A DNA stretch of 64,000 bases from positions 1,613,690-1,677,689 of the forward strand of contig MU058384.1 in NCBI GenBank assembly GCA_013265495.1. The letters run 5' to 3'. The stretch is from Vicugna vicugna (lineage: Eukaryota). Below are positions 1 to 12,500 of this stretch, piece by piece. A model generated the notes under the pieces. The model saw nothing but the letters and a program-made list of their open reading frames with translations, was not told the origin of the DNA and ran no database searches. The number at the start of each line of letters is the position of its first letter. Position 1 is the first letter of the stretch. A program made the translations under genes and the position numbers.

Positions 1-599
1 TGTCCCTGAGGTGATACATTAAAAAACTAACTCTCTAACCTTGGAAGAATGTAAACTCCTTGAGGATGTCTTTGGCAAGTGTTTGGAACAAGTTATTGTC
101 ACTGGCAATGAAACCACCCAAGACCCACAATCCATTTGAAATCTGTCCCACATAACTTATAACTAAGTATAAGAGTTTTCAAAATATTTGCTTTTAAGTA
201 AATGAGATCAGGTTTAGATTATCCATACAACAACATCACTCTCACTTGTTTGCATCCTCAGATGTTTCCTTGAAAGAGGAGAAATGTAAGATACGGCTAG
301 TGGTGACACCCACAAATCAACAGTTATCACATTTCCCCCTTCTTTTCCTTCACCTTCTCCAGGAAAGCTCCCTCTTCTGAGAAGTCTGGGTTGGAACACC
401 TTATCTGTGTATCCCTAACATGGAGTGTTCCCTGGGATCGTGTCATCAATTGTGCAACTCATGAGAAAAAATAAGGTGATCTTGGATGCCAGGTCTTCCA
501 TGAATAGTAAAGACTATCTGAAAAGAATGATCTGTCTTCAGCTTGGCTCCCAGAGCTTCCCGAATCCATACATTACGGCCCTTGCTTCCTGCCTGCTTA

Positions 600-790
600 G
601 CCTGTCCATGACAGTGGTTACTTGACTATAATAAATATATTTATTTACATCTGCCTCCTCACTAGAACTACTGGCCTTGAGGATGTGGATGTCTTTTTAT
701 CTTTATGTCCAGGGTCCAGTCCAGCGCTGGGTACATAATAAGAATTCAGTAGGGCTTGCTGGATGAATGGATGGACAGACAGATAGATGG
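600..790 (+). mobile_element. L2 LINE 3' end fragment
   Basis: Degenerate match to the L2 3' terminus (ctcctcactagaac...ccttgagg...ctgggtacataataag...ttgctggatgaatggatgga tail). Confidence 0.6.
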
Positions 791-1460
791 GCAGCTTGAT
801 GGATACTATGTAGAATAAATCCAGAGGACAATGTCCACCTAAACCACAAATGTTGCCTTCTTTTATGGAACTCTGAAAGTTCTGACAATGTTTTGAGAAC
901 CAAGGTTATGTTTTGACAAAACTAATTGAGTGTTTTGTGAAGCATAATTCTGGAGCCCAAATGACTATGTTTGACAGTGTCTCTTTAAGCAAAACTGCAT
1001 TTTGTTTTGGCCAAGGCATCATGACTGACAAGTCATATTTTTCCTTTGTTTGGAAATCTTTGCAGAAATGTATGACTGCATCAGCTATAGATTCTTTCTA
1101 GTTTCTGCTTCTTTATAACCTCTAACAGGAAGGTCTTCCTTCCAGGAGTGCCATGTTTTAGGTTTCTCAGAATTCTTAAAATGCTATAAGAAGGCAATAG
1201 CATTCTAAGCGCACCTGAATTCTGCTAAGATAATTTTGAAAAATATGAGAGTTTTTTTTTTAATGTATTTCTTTAAGGGACAATACTGGCAGCAATGCTT
1301 TGAGAACCTGGATGTGCCCCACTGACAGGGCTGGGGGAGAGCTTCTTCAACGATGGGCTTAATTCATAAGGTATTTTACTAAACTCAATGCAAGCAAATC
1401 TATGACTGTGCACATTTGTCTGTGAACTGAATCATTTGCTCCAGTTTAGAGTTTCAGACT

Positions 1461-1484
1461 TTCTGAGAAGACTATTTCCAAGAA
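1461..1484. promoter_or_regulatory. Tandem STAT5-type GAS motifs, 6 bp spacer
   Basis: TTCTGAGAA (1461-1469), gactat, TTCCAAGAA (1476-1484); both fit TTCYNRGAA. Motifs seen directly, function inferred. Confidence 0.4.
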
Positions 1485-2555
1485 TACTCAGGAGAATTCC
1501 AAGTGTGAATAATCCCAGATCACCCTCTCTCCTTTGAAACTAAAAAAATTCAGATCATAATGAGAAATTAAAACAAATTGGCATTTTATGGTCGATTGTA
1601 AGCTTATACAAATTAATTACTTTGTGGCAAGTTCTGACTTGAGACATTAAAAAAAAATCAACTCCAATTTTGAAGAAGATGGTGTAAGTAAACGGAAGGC
1701 AGAATTTAGCTCATTGTTTGGCTTTGGTCTCTTTTTCCTGTGCTATCTTTATAAAGGCTGTAAGTAGCAGCTTAGAAATGCTGGGGAGTTTTTTTTTTTC
1801 TTTCATTCTTTCTTTTTTTTTTTTTTTAAAGAGGATTTGGCCAGAAACTTTGTTATTTGCATAGAGTAGGATCTTGACATGTCCTGTGCTTTATCTTGTC
1901 TACATTGTAAAACGTGACTATGGACTTAAAAATTTAAAACAAATCAGCAGTTACCGAACACTGCATTGAAAATGTATTCATTCCAAACTGAATTATCATT
2001 GCTGGTGACGTTTTCCTCTCCAAATCTTAAAAAGCTGAAAAATGGTAACGCAAACCACATGGCTGCTCCGTTTCACCACCACTCTTGGCAGAGGCAGCGC
2101 TGCCTGGCAACCTTGCTGTCAGCTGGGCCTGCGGTAATCAGAGCAGCATTGCCCTGTAGTCAAATTGAATGCTTTCTTTCTGAGAACCCATCATTGGATG
2201 CCTTTTCTTCTTATCGGTCTTCTCAGTAATGTTTGAAAAGGGCTTCTGTGGACGAGGAGAACTTGTCCTCGTAGAGGGAGGGCTGAAGCAGTAAAAAACA
2301 ATCAAGTATTCCAGCGACTAAAGAAAAAAGCCCACAGGACAGCCTGAGTGTTGCTGCGGATTTCGCTGGACGCAGCGAAATTTCCCTGACTGTTGGCTGG
2401 GTTCCTCTTTCTTCCCTAGGCCCTGAGCCTCCCCGCCATGGAAACTCCTACAGCAAGGATCCAGTGTATGGAATTAAGAAGTTAGAATTTGAAGCACAAA
2501 TCCTTAATTAGCTAATGAAGGGTGTTATTCGATATCACATGATAACTGAGCATGT

Positions 2556-2576
2556 GAAAAGTGAAACTTCCGGGAA
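2556..2576 (+). promoter_or_regulatory. Overlapping IRF-E/ISRE and GAS composite element
   Basis: GAAAAGTGAAACT (2556-2568, IRF1/2 consensus) shares its last base with TTCCGGGAA (2568-2576, canonical STAT1/3 GAS). Confidence 0.5.
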
Positions 2577-3289
2577 GGAAGATGGCCAGGGCAGCCACTG
2601 CCACGGTGTCTAATGCAACGTGAAAGTCAACAAGAAATTGGATTCACTGGCAGAACTTTACTTCACTTCATAGCCAAACTGCATAAACAAAGACATTATC
2701 CAACTCTTCCTAATCCCTGTTAATTAGACAAAATGATAACACATAAAGGGACTGGTAGAGTTCCTGCACATCACTGGCACTTAATAAATGTGCATTTGTT
2801 CCTCTCCAGTCAGGCACATTTGCTTTGAGATCCCTGAGTCCAGAGCCCCTTAAATGTATACGAGGCTCACTGGACTTCTTTTCTACAATGGTAAGAGGTG
2901 CTTGGTGATCATACAAGAAATTATGCATGCATCTGGAGCTAACAAGATGCACACATAGAAGGCTGAACCATAACTAAAAACATATGCATATTTTAGATTT
3001 CCATTATCATGGACAGGAAAAAAATGAGGCTTTATTTGATGTTCCTATTCCAGCCGTTCCTATCACAGACCCAGGGCCTGAAATACTTAGAAATCCAGCT
3101 ACTGAGCAAACTTGCGCCCCTGAGAACACACATGCTCTGCTTTCCTCCATTGTCCACTTCCCTCACCTAGATAGTAGGGAGAGTCAATCACATCTCAGTG
3201 TTTGTTGTAGTCACTCTCTGTGTTTAAGCGTAAAGATTTAACTTTCAAGGTGACCATTTGCCATTCAAATAATAAATGAAACTGCTTCT

Positions 3290-3480
3290 TATTTGCATAT
3301 GTTCTAGGGTTTACCAAATGTTTTGCACTTGTTATCTTGTTTAATTGTCACTTCTGTGAAGTAGGCGGAGATAGATGTTATCGCCCTTATTCTAGCGATA
3401 GGAAGACTGATACAGAGGTGAAAAAAAAGTCTCAGGGAAATAAATTTGAGGTAGACTGTCACCAGGTGGTGGAAGGCAAG
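3290..3480 (-). mobile_element. MIR SINE fragment
   Basis: Antisense MIR core (gtaggcgg...ttatcgcccttattctagcgataggaagactgatacagagg). Confidence 0.55.
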
Positions 3481-4708
3481 AAGATGTGTCTTTTAACTGA
3501 GATTACTATGATAGACACAAGCAGGCCAAAATCAGTGAAACTTAAAATACATATCTCATTATTTTAGTTAGAGTACATTTTGAACAACTTTGAAACAGCA
3601 TCAAGTTAAATTTTTCATAAGTACTTTTCTCAGAAATCTGTAGCTGTTTATCATCACATTAGTCCTTCCCCAGATGATTAGGCTGCTTTTGTAGTTCATG
3701 CTGTATCCACGGCCTTAAAGTCAGATTCCACCTCAGCATAACCACAGGTGCACCTCTCTCTCTGTCTCTATGAGGTCTCTTTTCCTTTACTAGCTTTCTA
3801 GAAACAAACACTCAGCTTTCATTTCCTTTCCAGCCCCTGTGCACTAGCTACAGGGCTCTGCTCTGTCCTGAACTGCCTCTCCCCACGTGGATGAAGCTGA
3901 TCACTGACATTTACAGCGTCCCTCCCTCTATTTCTGTAGACTCCCCCTCCCCCACCCCCAACCATTTCCAATCCAAGAAAGCTTCTCCTGGCATTGTTCT
4001 TTTCAGAGCACGAAGGAAAGTTTTCCCTCCTTTTCTTAATTCCTTCTTTGATGAGCAGCTGCAAGCTAGGTATGACGACTTTCAACTACAAAACATCTCT
4101 GAAGCCTGTTGCTACCGGTAACACAATATACAACTTTTAAACAACTCCGTCTGATACAAACTGTTCTAGCCAGAGTTCCTCTGAACTGATTTCTAAAATG
4201 GGCGATATTCTTCCAGAACATAACATTTTATGCTAGATTTTTTTCAACAGTGATTTAAATCATTGCATGACCCATTTATCCTTAAAAGCTCAGCTTCTTT
4301 TCTGTTATGCAGCTCAGTTAAGTAATGATTTCTAGCACAATGGTAGTGTCAGGATCTCCTATGACTTCCAAAAAGCCCAAAGTGCTTGTGCATTTGGTAC
4401 TAGAAATCTTCAAAGGGCTTTTTTTTTTAAGGGGAAGGCAATAGGTAGGTGCATAGAAGACCCTGTGTATGGTCAAACATCTTTTGTAGTGGATTTTAGC
4501 CTTATTAAGACTTTTTAACTTACTCCCTTGGAAGATTGCGTGAATGTCATCTAGCCCACATTTCTCCAATTTAAAATGGCACTTATCTGGAACTCAGTTA
4601 CTTCTTTGTTTTTAGTTCTACAATGTGCAAGTAGTTCACTATTTTCCCAGGCTCCACCTGTTTGCCTTCTTGATGTCTTACTCGGCCCATCTCTCTGCAT
4701 TCCTAGAC

Positions 4709-4918
4709 CTGTTCTCTCCGATACACGAACCATGTGTGACCATGTCAATTTCAATTTTTTAATAAATTAAAATTAAATCACGCTTGAAAGTGAGCTCTTC
4801 AGTTACACTGGCCACATTTTAAGTACTCAATAACCACTCATGGCTAGTTGCTGCTCTGTTGGACAATGTAGACATAAAACATTTCCATCATCACAGAAAG
4901 TTCTACTGGACAGCACTG
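4709..4918 (-). mobile_element. MER3-like hAT-Charlie MITE, full length (210 bp)
   Basis: Ends acatttccatcatcacagaaagttctactggacagcactg, the reverse complement of the MER3 5' end; begins ctgttctctccgatac; length matches the roughly 209 bp consensus. Confidence 0.85.
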
Positions 4919-5030
4919 CTGGACAGACTGTGTGACCCATAGGAACAGGGACCTGTATCTGTCTTCCCTAAGAGCATCAGGCCTTGAATGCTAAGCATGT
5001 AACACAACAATACTTACTGAACAAATAACC
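4919..5030 (+). mobile_element. L2 3' end interrupted by the MER3
   Basis: agactgtgtgacccataggaacagggacctgtatctgtc...tacttactgaacaaataa continues the L2-like cctagac left of the MER3. Confidence 0.45.
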
Positions 5031-6059
5031 CATCCAGGAAGATCCCTCTCTCTTCCAGTATGGGAAGGCAGGGCTTCACAAAGAATCCCCATGGGGGGGG
5101 CAGCGAGAGCCTAGCTAAAATGACAGTGATGAGTGTGAAATGTGGGCAGGAAGAAGAGCCATAAGACAAACACAAGCATGTGCCTCCTCAAGTAACTGCA
5201 AAAAAATTAATGGTTCACAAAGATTTAATACCCATTCAGCACTTGTTTTGCTTCCACCACCCCCCCTCCCAAAATCTGGCTACTTTATCAAAACTAGCAT
5301 TCAAATCATTGATCTAACCAGCTCCTTGCCAGAGTCATAACAAAACAGCCTCTCACTGGGGCTAAAGAGTTCTCTAGCCAGTCGTTCATTAATTCAACCT
5401 TTGACTGAGTTCAATACACAAAGATGAAAAACAAGAAAGTGGGGGAGACATCACTAAGGTACCTACCACATAGTAACTTCTTTATATTAAGGCAGTCCCT
5501 CATGAGAAAGTGCATTTGACTTCAGGAGTTTACTTGTACGTTGTTTGTTAAAATAGTCTTTCCCTTAGAAACAGTGTCCCATGTTGTGGGGCTCAAAGAG
5601 CAGCCTTCCAAAACCAGTGTCATCCATCCTATAGGTGAGGTGGACTCTTAGGACTGTGTGTGCCACTGACTCTGTAGGGAAATACATTCTAAGTTCTAAT
5701 CTGGAGTACCTGAATAGGTGACTTGCCTTTCCATCTCTGCCTGCTGAACTCTGTGGGGGTTTTGTGGCCTTAGGCCAGGAGGGCAAAAGGCCCAATAGGG
5801 TAGGAATCAAGACGGGGAGAAGAAGAGACTCAGCGTGAAGAGGAGGCAGCTCTAGATAAGGAATAGGGTGAACAGAAGCCAGGTGAGAAGCAGAAATAAG
5901 GCATCTGGAAGATGCTAAGGAAAAGTACAGTGGTGGGGGAAAAAAAACAGCAATGGAAGAATGAGAGGGGACATGCTTTCCCCCTTTAATACTGCCTATC
6001 AGACTGCTCTGACCCCTCCTCTGCCTCACCACCACCCAGCACTGTGATAAAATCCAGTT

Positions 6060-6592
6060 CTTTTAAGGTAAAGAATTCTGCTTTGACTTCAAGCCTTATT
6101 TGGCTCCTCTCCTGTCTCAGCTGTCACCAGGCTGCCCTTGACCTCTTTTCCCCAGCCACACCGGCCCTCTCTCTAGCAATCCCACACCCCATCCCATCTC
6201 CGATTTTCAAATATGCTGAAAGTTTCATTTCCTTCTAAGGCGAATTAACGCTTATTCAACCTTCATTTTTCAGTTTTTATCCCTTCCTCAAGAAAATCCT
6301 CCTTGGACCCCTGGAGGAGGTTCAATTTCTCCTGTTTCCTATACTGGTAGCATCATGTACTTTTCCCTCATTGCATTTATCAGAGCTGTGATTTTACATC
6401 TATTCATGTAATTGTTTGATTAAAGGCTATTCTTCCCTCTTGAATGTAGACTGTGAGCTCCAGGAGCCCTATTTACAGGATCTATTTCTCTCACCATTGT
6501 GTTCTTAATGCCTTGTCTAGTGCACGGCACGTAATAGATATTCACTAAATATGTATTGAGTGAGTGTGTGAATAAATTGATGAAATGGAATG
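6060..6592 (+). mobile_element. L2 LINE 3' portion
   Basis: ccagccacaccggcc ORF2-end motif, tagactgtgagctccaggag, gcacggcacgtaatagatattcactaaatatgtattgagtga tail. Confidence 0.7.
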
Positions 6593-9500
6593 AGGGGGCT
6601 GGTTTTCAGGCTTTAGATGAAGGACTTTAGGGTCTAGCCCTCCCTGATGTTGGAGGAGAGGGCAAAGGGGGTGATGTTTATGTGGACACCCACATACATA
6701 AGGGGTGACCACAAGTGAGGAATGGCCTGTATTCACCTGAAAGTTAAAATGCGTATGCAATTCAGTATGTTTTTCCATTCTTCTCTCAAGCTATCTTCCT
6801 TTCCTTTCAAATGTGATTTATTCTGAGAAGCTTGGACTGAACTTGAGTGTAACTGAGAAGACAGGAGGTTCTGTCCTCCAACAGAACACACATTTCCTCT
6901 TCTTAAAAGAGAAAAACACTTTAGAAAGCTAAACTGTTCACAGAACACTCGATTTAGAATTGCCAGGGAGAAAAAGAATCAAATCAGAAAGTAGCCTCTT
7001 TGCCTTACTTTCATGGTTACAATTGAATCACAGCAGATCAAGAAAATAAATGTGCCTAATTGTATCATTTGTGGGACCTTGAGGGTTTTCATGACAGGGA
7101 GCACTTGTCTTCCTAAATGGGATTCACTCTAATGGGGTTAGCCTCCTAAGAACATGCTAGTGTTGACACTTGGTGCTTCTGAACCTAAGGGGTTAAAATA
7201 GAATGAGGCAACTTTTTTCATTTTATTGTGTGTCCTGCTAAAGTCAAAAAGAATAGCCTGTAAATTCAGAAAATGTCATCATTTTGCACTTGTCCTGACC
7301 CCAGCATCTAAAAATAAAAAATGCTGGAATTTCTAGAGCAGGTGACTTAGGCAGAAAAAAAAAACCTCAAAGAGGGCTAATTGTTTAAGGTCTAAATGCA
7401 GTCCACAGAAGAAGACAGAAATAAAGAGGTTTCTCTCCAAGTGACCCAGCCTGCATAAAACTGTGCACATGATTCACTGGAAATACTTTTTGTCTCTACA
7501 TCTTTTCTCTACGTTTAAAGAGAAACATCTCATGTTCAGCACAATGGATAAGAGTATTATCTTAGCTGCCTTCTGTCTATAAGCCTGGTTAGTTTTAGTC
7601 TGATCCTCATTTTGAACACCCAGAGGAATTTATTACTCATCAACCTTTGCTAGACGCTTCAGATTGCCTTGAAGTCTTGGAGACAGTACCATCTCCTGTT
7701 TGAAGAGATTTTCCCACCATGTGTTTCAAAGCCAGGGAGGATGGTTGTGGATTTTTAAAAGGCTGCACCTGTTCGTGTATAAACCATGGCAGCTACTTTG
7801 GACTTACCTTTCACAGTTTAACTTTTCTTTTCCCCTTTAATATGCAGTCTACCTCTTAGTTTAAATACACAATTCAAAACACTTCCTTGGGGTTCCAGTG
7901 TGAAGGAAATTGATCACTCTTCAATTGTATGTTTTTAATGGACTTCCTTCTTCCTGCCTAGGAAATTAACTTTCAGTGCTCTCTTTATTTGATCTGTTAA
8001 GCAGGGTATGTGACACCTTCCCAGACAACAAGATTTCATGAGACTCTAAATGCCGTAGACTTCACCTAACAGAAACTCTACATCCCCACATAATTTTAAA
8101 GGCATAACAATTAAATTTACAATTGAGTTGTAGCTGCAAAGTGTATTGACTGGTATCAGTCTCCATAATATATTGAAAGAGCCAGCTCCTGTCTCAGTTC
8201 TCCCTGCCAGTTGCAAGAAGGCACTCTTTAAAAATCAATTAATCGCCTTCTCCCTTGCAGAGTTGCCAGAAGTGGGTATCTGATCCCTGAACTCTGAAAG
8301 TATTTCTTTATTTTCAGCCTCAGATCAGTTGTTTTTATTCCCGTTAAAACTGAAATCTACTATTTGAACTGAGAAGGATCACTGACGTCTGAGAACAACT
8401 CTGCCTGAACATTTCACAGTCCATTGCAAGAGGCTGTTGTTATTCGTGCTGGTTGTTTGCCAAACTGCCACCTGGGCAACCAGGTCAGTGACCAAACAGG
8501 TGACAATGTTCTCACAGTCGCACAGAAAACACACCCAGCACTCAGATTGCCGCCCTGCAATTCCTTGACTCCAAGTGCTCTGCGGATTTTCCTGCTGTTC
8601 ATGTAGTCATGGTCCACTATGAGGTAAACACGCTCCAGAACCCCAGCTCTCAGACTGCAAAGGTAGTGTTTACTTCTCAGAAGAAACCCCTCCTTCAAAT
8701 CCCAGAATGTAGTACAGCTATGCCCTCCAGGGAGTTCCATGGTCTACGAGAGCCTATTTTCCTAAGAAAGAAACTGCCTAGATTTTCTTTGGACATATTC
8801 TTCACCAGAGGGAAATTTTGTGATTCTGTCCTCTTGGATTTCTCCATAATGTTGTCTCAACCAATCACAGACATACATTTGGTGACACCACACACACACA
8901 CACACCCCTTTTTTTTCACATCTACTCTGACTACTCCTGACAATAGAATTTTTTGTGGAATTTTCTTGATAATCAATTTCCTGGAATGAATTAAATTAAT
9001 TAGCATCCTCTTCCTCAAATGTTGTTTCCTTTTTTTTTTTAACTTTTCTTTTTCTTGCCAATATTCTGTCCTATTATCCATTTTTAAGACACAAAGACTT
9101 TTATTTTATTTTGCTCTCCTACCTTCTGTTACTGTAATTTCATTCTTGTTTCCATCTTCTACATCACATATTCAGTTTGGCTTTTAAATAGATTTTTAGT
9201 ATCTTGGGAATAAAGGGTCAGTTGGGGAACAGGAACAGGGTTTCTACTTGCCATGTTTGTAAAAAGAAAAGATGAAGCCAAATGAAAATCGCTAGATCTG
9301 TTACTTTAGTCCATCGGTAATTTTCCCCTGACTGAGTGTAATACTTCAAACTTCCTCCCTTCCTGGTTCTCACTGAACTGACACACTGCAGGTGCCACAG
9401 TTTAGATTTAACAATGAAAGCCCATTTCTTCTCTAGTTCCACAGCAAAGACATCACAAAAGATAGAGTTATCATAAGCTAATTACAGTCCTTGAAAATTA

Positions 9501-12500
9501 CCTTTGTGCTTTGCAAATATGCATTTTTTCTTTGCTGATGATGAAGAAGTTGGCAGTTTAAATAAAAAACACTATTTAAAGTAACAGAGTACAGTTATAT
9601 AACCTTTTCACATAAATCACACAATAACTCTTTGTGCTTTGTAAAAAAAAAAAAGAACTGCAGTGCTTGTTAAGATTTATTTATATAATAATCTATGCAA
9701 AGGCCTATTTTCCCCCTTTTTTGAGAGTGGGATGTTCTTTTTTTTAACCTCTGGAAGTTGCAGACTAGAGGGCAGGAATATCCTCCAATCCCCATTTTTA
9801 GCTGCACACACTCCAGCTACTAGAGACTCCAATTCACGCAGCGTTTGTCATTACCACACATGTCTTTATTTTAAGCATGCAGAAAACTTAAGGAATAGTC
9901 TGTGCCTGCTAAGTAAATAAAAACGTAGAGTCAAAATCCACTCCAGTATAAGGATTCCTTTTCATCTACCAATCACATCAAGACCTGAGATCATTTTTCT
10001 CAGTTTTTCAGGAATACTATTTTTTCAAATATAGTATTGAGGGGATGGTGAAATCCATGGGACCACTGAAGCCCTGTAAGCTTCTCTGCTGATTCTCCAT
10101 GGAATTCCTCCATCAGGTTTTTGACCCCTACTCAGCTTCCTTCCCATGCTCATTTGCTCCCCTTAATCTTATTCCCTGATTTAAACCTAGAAGCAGTATA
10201 GTCTTTCATTATAAAAACATTGGCCTTACCATTTAAAAATATCCCCCATATAAAATGTCTTGACTTCAAATTGATCTCACACTGACAAGTCCACTCTGAA
10301 AAGCCAGGGCCATACATAAGTGGCTAAATGCTAAGCTTGGCTCAAACTGACCCACATAATCCTCAGTCCAGAGGATCACTTCAGGAAGAGTGATCCTTTC
10401 ATGGAGCTTAACCTAGTAGAGGCATTTTATGGGTCAAATATATCTATTCTAACTCTTGCCGAACAGTGGGGTTTCTGAAGACAGGGAAACCCACAAGGGC
10501 TTTCTTATGTGTCCTTATCTTTCACTGAGATGCTGACCTAACTTTTTAAAGCTATCTCTATGGAAAATTCTGGGCTCCATTCCAAAGGCAACCAGTAGGA
10601 GGTGGCTCTCTTAATCAGTGGCTGTGTCCCGTCTTTATATAAACAGGTTAAGCCAGCTACCAGGGCCTCGGCGACCAACGCCAGCTCATATTACCCTCGG
10701 CTGGAAAGATGGGCCTGAATCAAAGCTACTTTAGGAAAGCAGAGAACTCTCACCTCTCCCAGGTTATTCCGAAAGACCTGGTTGCCATATACGGTACCAG
10801 ACTCATCAGCAATTTTACTTTTGTTCCTCAAGATTGTTGGGGTGGGATTTGATTAACTGGAGAGACATCCTCCCACCAGTTAATCCACACAGGGCTCTCA
10901 TTGCTCAGGATGGGATTCAGAATGTCAGTTTGCAGGATCAACAGGCATGACTAATACCGAAAAGACACTGCTGACAAAATCTGTTACCTTCCTTAAACAT
11001 CCACTTCTCTGCTTTGACCCTGAGGATGTTCCTCAAAATGATGAGTGACCCCAAAGTAGCAACAAACCAGGTGGAATAAAACCTGAATAACTGGGATAAT
11101 AAGACAGGCTTTGGAGCTGTATTGATAGATATTGGCCAAAAATACTCATGTCCATTTGCCTAAAAATCTGAAACTTGATCACAGGTTAGTCATTATACCA
11201 GAAGCATTAAAAGCAAGAAAGCAAACAAACAAACAGAAGCCTTCCCAAGCAATGTGTTCTTACATTAGTGAAGAATATTCTGCTTACATTAATCATTATC
11301 ATGGTAATAATTAGGAATTCTGGACCTCTCTTCTAAAAGAAATGCTTTCCCAGAGAAAATATTTTAACCTGTTATCATGCTGATTTAAAAATCACTAAAT
11401 TAAGGCCTCTGGTTTATAGGTCAAGTCATATTTGAATGGCTTACAATAACTTTTTTAACTTTAGCTACCAGAATTGAAAGTAAAGTGTGTTAGGCCCTTA
11501 TACTGATCTTATTTTCAAGCACATACAATGGCAACTACAATTCCAAGAGGATTCCACTGTTTCTTCTTTTTTTCATTTTGATAGCATAACACCATACTCA
11601 TGGGAGCTGAGCTTTTCAGGTGTTAAAGAGGATTTGTTATAAGAAAATGATTATAATAGGATTGAATGTAATTGAAAGTCAAGGTACAGCAGCCATACAG
11701 TGTATCAGAGAGTGTCAAAACTTGCAGTCAGGGTGGAGTGCTTTTTGCTAAGTAAACAACAAAAGTGGAGAGAGAAGAAAATATTCTATGCATGACGGGA
11801 TCGACAAGGTTGGCCAACCTGATAAGCCTGCCCCACCACAGTGGGATCAAACCATAGGCGCTACAGGGCTTCCCTGGCAAGAGGGGCCGGTAAGAGCTGC
11901 CGCCTCCCCACCCCACAAGAATATTTTGAAAACAAGTTATATAATAACCCGAATTCTTGTCTAGAACTTGACAGGCAGTAACCATAGGCCCTCTGAGGCT
12001 CCAGGAGGGAAAGGCCCACCCCTGAGTCATCTCCCTGGCCCTTCTAGTCCCAGGAACTAGTGTTGCCCTGAGTCTGTCCACACCTTTGCTAAGCTTTGCC
12101 GACATGGGTGGGCATGAGCACACACCAGGCGAGCACTGGCCAGCTCCCCACGTGTTTCACCCCTTTTCTTGACAATGCCATTCTCTCTCTAAGAACAGTA
12201 GGTTTATCAAGCATGAGAACACTTTTCTATGGAGACAGGCCTGTGAAGAATGAAGGTATCAGAACTATTTCAGGCATCCATAAAATAATTATAAGCTCTC
12301 AAGATCAGAACATGGTGGCAGCAAGCAGAAGTGGGGGAATAACAATGAATGCCAGCCCTCCTCTTTATCATTATAGGGCCTTTTCTTCCCCTAAATTTGC
12401 TTCTCTGCCATTTCAGTATGTCATTAGGCCATCTTGATCGTAACTACTACTATTTACAGCTACATTTTGGTCTCTACCTATGATTCTATAGATGGGCAGG

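Noticed and set aside
3455..3475. CTCF-like motif TGTCACCAGGTGGTGG (another at about 10590)
   Set aside because: Mismatches at core positions; cannot be supported without a PWM scan or ChIP data.
5565..6035. Longest ORF (156 aa, minus strand)
   Set aside because: Leu/Ser/Pro-rich translation of the complement of a purine-rich tract; non-ATG start and no domain similarity.
7802..7960. Perfect minus-strand donor AAG|GTAAGT with a possible 150 nt exon
   Set aside because: The matching acceptor has a poor pyrimidine tract and all frames contain stops; an isolated consensus donor is expected by chance.
10372..10397. 9 bp hairpin AGGATCACT/AGTGATCCT
   Set aside because: A single short stem with no supporting context; compatible with chance in 64 kb.
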